Shown piece after piece: positions 1-7,504 of a stretch of DNA of 13,316 nucleotides. The notes beneath the pieces were generated by a model. That model made no database searches. It saw only the letters and a program-made list of their open reading frames with translations, and had not been told where the DNA came from. The translations under genes and the position numbers were made by a program. Origin of the DNA: Myxococcota bacterium (GTDB taxonomy: Bacteria > Myxococcota > UBA4151); contig JBDQPD010000098.1 of NCBI GenBank assembly GCA_040260805.1, positions 1-13,316 of the forward strand, written 5' to 3'. Each line of letters opens with the position of its first letter. Position 1 is the first letter of the stretch.

Positions 1-1
1 G

Positions 2-337
2 GGTATTTTGTCCCTCATGCAGATGGCGCGCGTCTCCGGCTTGCTGCATCAGTTCCGGACGCAAAGGCGGAAGCCCTTTGTGTCCTTGCTGACCGACCCA
101 ACGACGGGGGGCGTCGCCGCCAGCTTCGCTATGTTAGGCGATTTCATTTTGGCTGAGCCTCGCGCCTTGATCGGCTTTGCGGGCCGGCGAGTGATCGAGC
201 AGACCATTGGTCAGAAGCTGCCTGAGGATTCTCAGCGCGCGGAGTTTTTGCTTGAGCACGGACTCATCGACCGAGTGGTTGCTCGTGACCTCGTCAAGCC
301 AACCATCGCCAAACTGTTGAGCCTCACCACCAGCTGA
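2..337 (+). CDS. accD: Acetyl-CoA carboxylase carboxyltransferase beta subunit, 3' part (5' end outside window)
   Basis: The frame is open from the window edge (GILSLMQMA). Hallmark motifs are [42 protein letters not shown] and [16 protein letters not shown]. Stop TGA 335-337 overlaps the folC ATG. Confidence 0.97.
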   Translation, partial: GILSLMQMARVSGLLHQFRTQRRKPFVSLLTDPTTGGVAASFAMLGDFILAEPRALIGFAGRRVIEQTIGQKLPEDSQRAEFLLEHGLIDRVVARDLVKPTIAKLLSLTTS

Positions 338-1533
338 TGACTGAACTTCAGAGGCGGCTGACTGAACTCGCTACCCGAGTCCGGCAGGGTATTCGTCCTG
401 GCTTGACCGGGATTCGTGCGCTCGATGCGCGCTGCGGAGAGCCGAGTCAGTCGCTCCGCGCCGTGGTCGTCGCCGGAACCAACGGAAAAGGAACTTGCTG
501 CCGAGCGCTCGAGGCGATCGCCTTGGAGCATGGCTTGCGCACAGCCTTGTTCACGTCGCCGCATCGCTCACGTTTCAATCAGCGGTTTCGGATCGATGGT
601 CAGTCGGTAAGCGATCAAGAGCTGCTGCGCTGGATGGCCGCTGTCGATCATGACGAGTTTACCTTCTTTGAGGTCAGTACGGCCATGGCCTTTTGGGGGT
701 TTGCTCAAGCAGATGTTGACCTAGCGATCCTCGAGGTCGGCATGGGCGGACGCTTGGATGCTGTTAATCTCGTGGACGGTATCGCAAGCGCCGTCGTCAG
801 TATTAGCAAGGACCACGAGCAGTTTTTAGGTCACGAGCTGCATCAGATCGCTGCGGAGAAACTTGGAGTGGCTAGGGATGCTCGCCCCTTGGTTCTAGGG
901 TCGAGTCTGCGCCCCTTCTTAGGGCGCGCAGAGGCAACCCATGCAAAGGTTTGGCTAAACGGTAGGGACTGGCGTTCCGACCAAAGGAGTGTGGATACTC
1001 CCTCTTTTAACATGAGCAGACCTGCTCACCTGCTGTTTGACACGCTCTGGGACGCTGCCGCGGTGGCCGTTCCTTTGGCTGAGGCGATCGGTTTGCATGA
1101 CGCAAACGCCGTCCAGCGGGGCCTCGAGAACTTTCGCCACCCCCTGCGTGGTGAGCGCATGGGCGGGGTGACCTTCGACGCCTGTCATAACGAAGCGGGG
1201 ATCAGTGGTTTTGCTCAATGGGCTTTGAAGCACGCTCCCGATGCGGATTTATTGGTTGCCTTGTCCGGTCGAGACCCTGAGGTGCTGGCTCCTTTTTGTG
1301 GTCAGGGGAGGCGTTGGTTCACGGTGGCGGCTCGTCATCCGAAGGCTACTGGCGCGAGCGCCCTGGCGCACGCACTCGAACAGCGTGGTGAGACGGTGGA
1401 GTCGCTGACCAGAGATCAGGCTTATGATCTGCTCAAAGCGCGTCAGCCTTTAGATCAAGATGCTGTGCTCGCCTTTGGCTCAATTTACGCAATGGGTCCC
1501 TTGCGCGACCGCTTGGAAGAAGACTGTCGATGA
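337..1533 (+). CDS. folC: Bifunctional folylpolyglutamate synthase / dihydrofolate synthase
   Basis: P-loop VAGTNGKGT, FTSPH, TFFEVSTAMAF, LEVGMGGRLDAVN, ISKDHEQFLG, IAAEK, DACHN and FGSIY. It follows accD in the classic order with a TGATG overlap. Confidence 0.95.
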   Translation: MTELQRRLTELATRVRQGIRPGLTGIRALDARCGEPSQSLRAVVVAGTNGKGTCCRALEAIALEHGLRTALFTSPHRSRFNQRFRIDGQSVSDQELLRWMAAVDHDEFTFFEVSTAMAFWGFAQADVDLAILEVGMGGRLDAVNLVDGIASAVVSISKDHEQFLGHELHQIAAEKLGVARDARPLVLGSSLRPFLGRAEATHAKVWLNGRDWRSDQRSVDTPSFNMSRPAHLLFDTLWDAAAVAVPLAEAIGLHDANAVQRGLENFRHPLRGERMGGVTFDACHNEAGISGFAQWALKHAPDADLLVALSGRDPEVLAPFCGQGRRWFTVAARHPKATGASALAHALEQRGETVESLTRDQAYDLLKARQPLDQDAVLAFGSIYAMGPLRDRLEEDCR

Positions 1534-3671
1534 GTGTTTTGCTGCTCGCTGCGTTGATCAGCGATCCTCAGATGAATCAGATTGTCCTCGAGGGGCGTAG
1601 CCAAGAGACGCGCGTTGAGCTCAGCTTCCGTGGGAAGCCCACGTTCCAGAGTTTTCGATCACACGCTCCGAACACCTTGGTGGTCGATGTCGTGGGCGCC
1701 AGCTTGCCAGCCGGGTTCCCAAGCCAGGTCGAGGTGATCGAAGGGGTGACCTTGCACCTGACCGAGCACGTGGGCTCAAGGACGCGTCTGATGCGCTTGC
1801 GTTTGACCTTGCCGACTCGACTCGAGCCCCAGCTTCAAGCCTCGCCTAGAGCGATCCATTTGACGCTCCCGATAGGCAGCGTTGTGGCGCGCGCCATTGG
1901 GCCATCGGGAGCGGCGCCTCAGCTCGAGAAAGCTTTAGCCAGCCGCCTTCAAGAGCGACTCAAGGGCTTGGAGAAAGAACACTCTACAGCTCGTGGTCAG
2001 TTGACGCAGAAGGAAGAGCAGATCGAGAGGCTGTCGCGTCGTCTTCGTGACGCGCTGTCGAAGGTCAACAGCTTAGACACAGATCTCAAGGCTAAGAATC
2101 AGCGCTACGCAAGCTCAGAGATCGCTCGCAAGCGAGCTGAAGGGCAGGCTAAAGAGGCGCTCAAAGCAGTACAGGCGACTCAGGCTCAAGTTGCCGGCGA
2201 GGTCGGGGGACTGAGGCGTCGTGAGGCGAAACAGGTCCAGCTGAGCTCAAAGTCGCTTCAGGAGTTGGTGGCGCGGCGAGCGGATATCGACCGCCTTTTG
2301 CGCGAGCAAGAATCGATTAAATCCAAGCTCTCTGCCTTGAGTCGGGTGACTCAAAAGCAGGCTCGAGAGTCGAAGCGCTTGGTGCAGACCGAGGTCGGTC
2401 TTCGCGCTGATGTAGATGCCAGCAGCGTGGCGCTTGCGGCGCGTCGGGCGGAGCTGCGTCGCTTGAACCGGAAAGTAGGCGAGAGCGAGCAGTCGATCGG
2501 CACACTCAGGGCTAAGAGCAAAAAGTATGATCGCTCAATCGGGCGGACCAACGCCAAGATTGTGCGCCGAACTAAAGACCTAAAGGTCATCAAGAGTGAC
2601 CGCTCTCGTTTGCAGGAGAGCCTCAAATCACTCGAGGCGAAGTTGGCCCGTCGACAAGCCGCCGCTACTGAGCTCGACGCCTTGTACATCGCAGTCCGAG
2701 ATGAAGTCTCAGGTATCGACAAGCGGCTCAAAACAGCGGTTGGAGAGCGCAAGGCGTTGGGGAAAGCGCTCCGTTCGATGCGCGCTGAACTCAAAGCGAC
2801 TCAGCGGACGATCGATCAGAAGAAAGCTCAAGCTAAGCGCGCAGTAACGCAGGCCGTCGCTTTGGAGCGAGAGCTCAAGGGCGCCAGCAGCGAACAGGGT
2901 AAGCTGGTCGCTCAGCTCGAGGCTGCTCGAGCAACCGCTCAGGGCAAGCAGCGAGCGCTTCGGGCGCTTCGGGATAAGCTGGCGCCGGTCGCCAAGCAGC
3001 GCAAAGAACTGCTCGCCGCGTTGGCAGCAGAGCAAGCGCTCGGCGCCTCGGCTGATGCTGAGGTGGTCAAGTTGAGTGCGGCGCTCAGCGCTCGTGAGAA
3101 GCAGTTGAAGACTGAGCAGGCTCAGCTTGCACGACTTCAGCGCCAGCGGCGAGCTCAGTTGAAACGTGTTGCGCAGCTGGCCGCCAAGAATAAAGCCACC
3201 CAAATGAGCGCTGCGGTGACCGCTAAGCGGCTGGCGAAGGCTCAGGCAAAACCCGTCGTCAAAGCCAAGCCCGTTCTGGTCGCCGCCGCAAAGCCGGTGG
3301 GTAAGAAGAGAAAGCTCAGCGATGCGCAAAGTGGTGCAGGATTCGGTGGCGGACCCAAGCTCGAGACGGGCCGCTTTGAACGAATTGGCTATCGTCCAGT
3401 TGGACCTGAGCGGGTGCTGATTCGCTTTGGCGGGGATGGTAACGTCACGCTTTCTAAAACAAGCAGCACCGCGACGCGCGTTCGGATGCCTGGCGTATCA
3501 GCATCGACGAAACGGTTGCGGGCCCTTGACACCAGTCTCTTTGGCGGCCTCGTTCAGAGCATCCGCCCGCGTCGCACTCGGCGTGGTATGTGGGTGGAGT
3601 TGAGGCATGAAGCAGGCGTGGAGTTCAGGGTCGTTCGTACGGTTTCCGGCGCGGAGCTTCGGGTCCGATAA
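1530..3671 (+). CDS. Exported protein: N-terminal AMIN-like domain, long basic coiled coil, C-terminal AMIN-like domain
   Basis: ATGA overlap with folC and a short hydrophobic N-terminus. The segment TRVELSFRGKPTFQSFRSHAPNTLVVDVVGA is AMIN-like. About 440 aa of nearly Pro-free A/K/R/L/Q/E heptad-like sequence follows, then a KPVV/KPV linker. The C-terminal segment RVLIRFGG...RALDTSLFGGLVQSIRP...VELR resembles PilQ-type AMIN repeats. Confidence 0.72.
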   Translation: MSVLLLAALISDPQMNQIVLEGRSQETRVELSFRGKPTFQSFRSHAPNTLVVDVVGASLPAGFPSQVEVIEGVTLHLTEHVGSRTRLMRLRLTLPTRLEPQLQASPRAIHLTLPIGSVVARAIGPSGAAPQLEKALASRLQERLKGLEKEHSTARGQLTQKEEQIERLSRRLRDALSKVNSLDTDLKAKNQRYASSEIARKRAEGQAKEALKAVQATQAQVAGEVGGLRRREAKQVQLSSKSLQELVARRADIDRLLREQESIKSKLSALSRVTQKQARESKRLVQTEVGLRADVDASSVALAARRAELRRLNRKVGESEQSIGTLRAKSKKYDRSIGRTNAKIVRRTKDLKVIKSDRSRLQESLKSLEAKLARRQAAATELDALYIAVRDEVSGIDKRLKTAVGERKALGKALRSMRAELKATQRTIDQKKAQAKRAVTQAVALERELKGASSEQGKLVAQLEAARATAQGKQRALRALRDKLAPVAKQRKELLAALAAEQALGASADAEVVKLSAALSAREKQLKTEQAQLARLQRQRRAQLKRVAQLAAKNKATQMSAAVTAKRLAKAQAKPVVKAKPVLVAAAKPVGKKRKLSDAQSGAGFGGGPKLETGRFERIGYRPVGPERVLIRFGGDGNVTLSKTSSTATRVRMPGVSASTKRLRALDTSLFGGLVQSIRPRRTRRGMWVELRHEAGVEFRVVRTVSGAELRVR

Positions 3672-3682
3672 ATCCAAGGTCC

Positions 3683-3688
3683 AAGGAG
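3683..3688 (+). promoter_or_regulatory. Shine-Dalgarno sequence of the lptD-like gene
   Basis: AAGGAG lies 10 nt upstream of ATG 3699 in the 27-bp gap. Confidence 0.6.
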
Positions 3689-3698
3689 CCGATGAGCG

Positions 3699-5723
3699 AT
3701 GATCACCTGGCTCTTGCTGGCTGCTGCAGCGACGACCGCGTCGGTACAGGTTCAGGCGACCACTCTTGTGGTCACCCAAGACGGTCAGTGGTCGGCTAAA
3801 GATCAGGTCGAGATTCAATACAAAGGATCCAACTATCGAGCAGATCGAGCATCTTACTTACCTGCTACCGGCGAGATCACGTTGTCCGGGCGCGTCCGCT
3901 CGACCGGCGGAGCGGTTGAGATCGAGTGTCAGCGGCTTTTAGTCGGTTCGGGTCGCGTTGAAGCTGACGATGCGCGTGTCTTGCTGCGGAGTCCAGCTGG
4001 TGAGCTGCTCGCTGAGTTACGGGCGAAGAAGGTCGTCCGTTTAGGCGCCGATGCGAACTTTGATCGCGTTGATTTTTCCCTGTGTACCTGCCCAGACCGA
4101 CCCTGGAGTATTGGCGCAAGGCGAGTTGAAGTAGCCGGTAAGGCGGAGCGCGTCTCATTCAGTGTTCCGGTGTTTCGGATTCGAGAGGTCCCGGTGCTGG
4201 CATTGCCTTGGTGGTCGATGCCATTAAAGCGCAGAGCTACGGGGATTTTACCGCCCATATTGGGTTACGATGCGCGCGATGGTGTCCGGGCTCGCTTGCC
4301 TCTTTTTTGGGCGCCTACTCGCTGGTGGGATCTGTCGATTGAGCCTGGGTTTATCGACGGTCGCGGCCCTTGGAGTCTGATGTCGCTCAGGATGCGGCCT
4401 GACGCTTCGACATCGCTCGACGCGAATATGGAGTCGCTGCACGGCTTAGGCTTGGTTGATGACCAGCGCATCGTCGGTCTCTCATTTTCAATGCGGCGCC
4501 CCGGTTTAGATTGGATTCACAGGGGGCTCTTCCCTAGCGACAGTAATGTGATTGGCGTCTTATCAACCGACGCTCGAGCGCGCGTCTGGCGCTTAGCTGA
4601 TGCTCATCATTACCTCCGCCTAGGAGGCCGTAAAATAGCCGTCATGCTGCAGGGTTGGTCGGGACGGCGAACGATGGCTGGCGCTGGAGCCGAAGCCGAT
4701 GCAAGTCTTGGACTCCGAACGATCCTCTCGGATCGTCGCCGATGGGGAGGAAGCGCTCTTGAGTTTGCTCTAGCTCCGATGCCGGTTCATCAGACTGAGG
4801 AGCCCACGCCGCTCGTCGACACTCATCTTCAGTTCGGACATCGTTGGGCTCCTTATGTGGGGATCAGCGCAAGCCTGTCGACACGCTCAGCTTTGTTCGC
4901 GAGCCATGCGAGTCATGAGCCTGTAAGTCGCGCAGGGTTGCTCCTGGAAGCGTATTCATTGCTGGACAATGGTCGGGGCACGAAATTACGGCCTCGAGTC
5001 AGCGTGCGGACGCAGCGTGTAAGCCAGGTGAGCCTTCGGGCGCCGACGGCGCTGATGGGGATCAGCGGTGACGTCCTGTCCGTAGGGCTCAAAGCGATCC
5101 AATCGGGTTTTATGCACGATTACGAGCTGATCGCCTTTCAGCGCGGCCAAGAACTCTCGTCACAATCAGCCGATGTTCTGGTCGCTTGGAACGGCGTTTG
5201 GAGTCGTAAGCGATGGTCCTTAAACGGTCGTTTCTTGTTTGATACGGTGCGCTTGGAGCCTGCTTTATTCACCACCTCGTACACGTGGCGCCCTAAACGC
5301 CCTGGAACGAGCCTGACGGCTGGATTTTTGAGGCGACATATCGGTCGTGACCTGACGATTGATCCAGACCCTTGGTTGCTCGTGAACCAAGATCCCTCGG
5401 CGCTTGAGAATCAAGATGGGAGCAGCGATGGCGGGGGCGATGAGAGCGTCTACGCGTTGTTGTGGGGCACCGCACGGGCGACGACCAAACACTGGAACCT
5501 GTCCTTGACGGGTGCGGTTCGTCCGCTCCCTTGGAGCCTGAATTCGCTCCGCCTTGAGGGCGGCTACACCAGTTCGTGTAAATGCTGGGGGCTGGTCGCT
5601 TATGGTGGCTTCTCGGGCGAGCTGCGCCCTGGAGAGGTCAGCGCAACGCCGTTCGCGGGTATCTCGTTTAACGCCGGCCGTTCCTCGGCGTTGTTGCGAA
5701 GCGGTCATGGCCTCTCCCGATGA
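3699..5723 (+). CDS. lptD: LPS-assembly outer-membrane protein LptD-like (divergent)
   Basis: Signal peptide followed by an OstA-like beta-jellyroll (YRADRASY...GEITLSGRV). LptD motifs include FSLCTCPDRPWSIGARRV, VPVLALPWWSMPLKRRATGILPPILG and LPLFWAP...DLSIEP, plus C-terminal YTSSCKCWGL. It sits downstream of accD-folC, as in many deltaproteobacteria. Confidence 0.82.
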   Translation: MITWLLLAAAATTASVQVQATTLVVTQDGQWSAKDQVEIQYKGSNYRADRASYLPATGEITLSGRVRSTGGAVEIECQRLLVGSGRVEADDARVLLRSPAGELLAELRAKKVVRLGADANFDRVDFSLCTCPDRPWSIGARRVEVAGKAERVSFSVPVFRIREVPVLALPWWSMPLKRRATGILPPILGYDARDGVRARLPLFWAPTRWWDLSIEPGFIDGRGPWSLMSLRMRPDASTSLDANMESLHGLGLVDDQRIVGLSFSMRRPGLDWIHRGLFPSDSNVIGVLSTDARARVWRLADAHHYLRLGGRKIAVMLQGWSGRRTMAGAGAEADASLGLRTILSDRRRWGGSALEFALAPMPVHQTEEPTPLVDTHLQFGHRWAPYVGISASLSTRSALFASHASHEPVSRAGLLLEAYSLLDNGRGTKLRPRVSVRTQRVSQVSLRAPTALMGISGDVLSVGLKAIQSGFMHDYELIAFQRGQELSSQSADVLVAWNGVWSRKRWSLNGRFLFDTVRLEPALFTTSYTWRPKRPGTSLTAGFLRRHIGRDLTIDPDPWLLVNQDPSALENQDGSSDGGGDESVYALLWGTARATTKHWNLSLTGAVRPLPWSLNSLRLEGGYTSSCKCWGLVAYGGFSGELRPGEVSATPFAGISFNAGRSSALLRSGHGLSR

Positions 5724-6289
5724 TTTTAGTCCTCGATAACTACGACAGTTTCACCTTCAATTTGGTTCAAGGGTTGCAACGTCACGGCGCCGAGGTCGTG
5801 GTCCGAAAAAATGACGACCCCAGCCTCGGCGAGCTTGATCCGAAGGCGTATTCTGGGGTGTTGCTCGGACCGGGACCAGGACGTCCTGAGGCTTCGGGCC
5901 GACTGATGGAAACGCTCGAGCGCCTCTACGGTTCGGTTCCTGTTTTGGGCGTATGTTTGGGGATGCAAGCCTTGGCTGTTCATCGCGGCGCTCAGGTAGT
6001 TCCGGCACCTCGGCCGCTGCACGGACATGTGGCGCAGATCGAACATGATGGGCAGGGACTGTTTGAAGCGATTCCGTCACCGATGGCCGGGACGCGCTAC
6101 CACAGCTTATGCGTTGAGCCGTCGACGGTACCGAACGATCTCAAGATCAGCGCTCGCTCGAGCGATGGGGTGATCATGGGCTTGCGCTCGCTTAGAGATG
6201 ATTTTGAAGGGTTTCAGTTTCACCCGGAGTCGATCGCCTCGTTTCACGGAGATGCTCTCCTTAAAGCCTTCGTTCGAAAGGTCAGTTGA
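5720..6289 (+). CDS. pabA: Class I glutamine amidotransferase, anthranilate / aminodeoxychorismate synthase component II (TrpG/PabA family)
   Basis: MILVLDNYDSFTFNLVQ, GPGPG, catalytic GVCLGMQ, RYHSL and QFHPES. ATGA overlap with lptD. trpG and pabA cannot be told apart from sequence. Confidence 0.9.
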   Translation: MILVLDNYDSFTFNLVQGLQRHGAEVVVRKNDDPSLGELDPKAYSGVLLGPGPGRPEASGRLMETLERLYGSVPVLGVCLGMQALAVHRGAQVVPAPRPLHGHVAQIEHDGQGLFEAIPSPMAGTRYHSLCVEPSTVPNDLKISARSSDGVIMGLRSLRDDFEGFQFHPESIASFHGDALLKAFVRKVS

Positions 6290-7374
6290 TGATGATAAAA
6301 GCGCCCGAGTCGGCTCGAATTTTGGGGCTCATGAGCGGTACGAGTTGCGATGGCCTCGACATGGCGCTGCTTGAGTTTGGTCCTGAGGGGCGCTGGGAGA
6401 TGCTCCGCTCAGGCGAGCAGCGTTTTGACCACCAGCTCCGCAGTCGTCTGCTCGCTGCTTCGGATTCGAACACCGTCGAGCTCGCTCGCTTGCGCTTCGA
6501 TTGGATGCGCTGGTGCGGAGACCAAGTGGGCGCGTTCCTCGATGGGCAGCCGGCTGATCTCGTAGTCAGTCATGGTCAGACCGTCTTTCATGACCCGCCG
6601 CACGCAACCTGGCAGCTCGGCGACGGCAACGTGTTAGCGGTCGCCTGCGAGCTACCTGTTCTTTGGAACCTACGCAGCGCCGATGTCGCAGCAGGCGGGC
6701 AAGGCGCTCCGCTGGTCCCCGTACCCGACCGGTTTTTCTTCGAGCCCTCGTCCGGGAGTCGCTGGCTGCTCAATGTCGGTGGCATCGCGAACCTGACGTC
6801 TCTCATCGCAGGCGAAGACGGCTGGGCGGGGGATGTGGGGCCTGGAAACTGTTGGGTGGATCGCTGGGTCGAGCTGCGCAGCGGCGGCTCGCTAACGATG
6901 GACACTGACGGCTCGATCAGCGCTCGAGGGCTCGTCGATAGCGATCTACTGGCTCGGTTGCTTGACGCCGTTCGACCAAGCCTTGGCTCTTCACTCGCTC
7001 GGGAGACCTTTAGTCGGGAGTGGCTGGCGTCGCTGATCAGCGAGCATGTGCGGACCGAAGATGCGGCGCGTACGCTCATCGCTCTGAGCGTCGAGCTGAT
7101 CGCAGAAGCCGTTGAGCGGCATCATCGAGGAGCCCGAGACCTTTACGTGGCGGGCGGCGGAGCTCGCAACTTGACCTTGATGGCTGACTTGCAGCGCCGA
7201 TTGCCTGAACTCACGGTTCAGACCTTTGATGCGCTCGGCATGTCAGGCGATGCACGAGAAGCTGCTTGTTTTGCGTGTCTAGGTTGGTTGTTTCTTCAGG
7301 GTAAAAGCGGCGCAAGTACCCTGGTTACTGGGGCTGAAAAGCCGAAGATCCTCGGCAGTTTAGCCTTTCCATAA
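6289..7374 (+). CDS. anmK: Anhydro-N-acetylmuramic acid kinase
   Basis: GLMSGTSCDGLD, SHGQT, WQLGD, RSADVAAGGQGAPLVP, LNVGGIANLT, DVGPGN, GGGARN and REA. The start is placed at ATG 6289 (TGATG coupling) rather than TTG 6286; ATG 6292 is also possible. Confidence 0.95.
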   Translation: MMIKAPESARILGLMSGTSCDGLDMALLEFGPEGRWEMLRSGEQRFDHQLRSRLLAASDSNTVELARLRFDWMRWCGDQVGAFLDGQPADLVVSHGQTVFHDPPHATWQLGDGNVLAVACELPVLWNLRSADVAAGGQGAPLVPVPDRFFFEPSSGSRWLLNVGGIANLTSLIAGEDGWAGDVGPGNCWVDRWVELRSGGSLTMDTDGSISARGLVDSDLLARLLDAVRPSLGSSLARETFSREWLASLISEHVRTEDAARTLIALSVELIAEAVERHHRGARDLYVAGGGARNLTLMADLQRRLPELTVQTFDALGMSGDAREAACFACLGWLFLQGKSGASTLVTGAEKPKILGSLAFP

Positions 7375-7384
7375 AAAGTTTTCA

Positions 7385-7406
7385 ATTTGTGATTTAGATC
7401 ACTTGA
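7385..7406. promoter_or_regulatory. CRP/FNR-family (CRP-type) binding site
   Basis: ATT-TGTGA-TTTAGA-TCACT-TGA. The core 7388-7403 matches 14/16 of the CRP consensus TGTGATCTAGATCACA and lies in an AT-rich intergenic patch of an otherwise GC-rich window. Confidence 0.75.
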
Positions 7407-7431
7407 AGTCAGGCATCGTCTTACCCATTGT
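7403..7431 (+). promoter_or_regulatory. Putative sigma70-type promoter of the sigma factor gene
   Basis: TTGAAG (7403-7408), 17 nt, then CATTGT (7426-7431). An alternative -10, TATGAT at 7431-7436, lacks a properly spaced -35. Confidence 0.45.
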
Positions 7432-7441
7432 ATGATGGTGT

Positions 7442-7460
7442 GTGTCGGCAGGTGTCGGCA
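7442..7460 (+). repeat. Tandem direct repeat GTGTCGGCA x2 (10-bp period)
   Basis: Exact 9-mers at 7442-7450 and 7452-7460. Confidence 0.85.
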
Positions 7461-7482
7461 TTGTGTTGTGTAGATGTGCCGA

Positions 7483-7502
7483 GTTCGCTTCTGGAGGCGA
7501 AC
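7483..7502 (+). promoter_or_regulatory. Hairpin overlapping the Shine-Dalgarno (GGAGG 7493-7497) of the sigma factor gene
   Basis: GTTCGCTT-CTGG-AGGCGAAC forms an 8-bp stem with one G-U pair and a 4-nt loop, ending 2 nt before ATG 7505. Confidence 0.6.
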
Positions 7503-7504
7503 CC

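Noticed and set aside
1920..3250. Coiled coil as SMC, EnvC, tape-measure or PilQ secretin
   Set aside because: I see no Walker motifs or hinge, no M23 domain, no secretin domain and no phage context.
2351..3329. Antisense ORFs of 147 and 206 aa inside the coiled-coil gene
   Set aside because: They are shadow ORFs of a GC-rich, compositionally biased gene and show no motifs.
7442..7504. N-terminal extension of the sigma factor from GTG 7442
   Set aside because: There is no convincing RBS, the peptide is atypical, and a strong GGAGG precedes ATG 7505. The region reads better as a 5' UTR.
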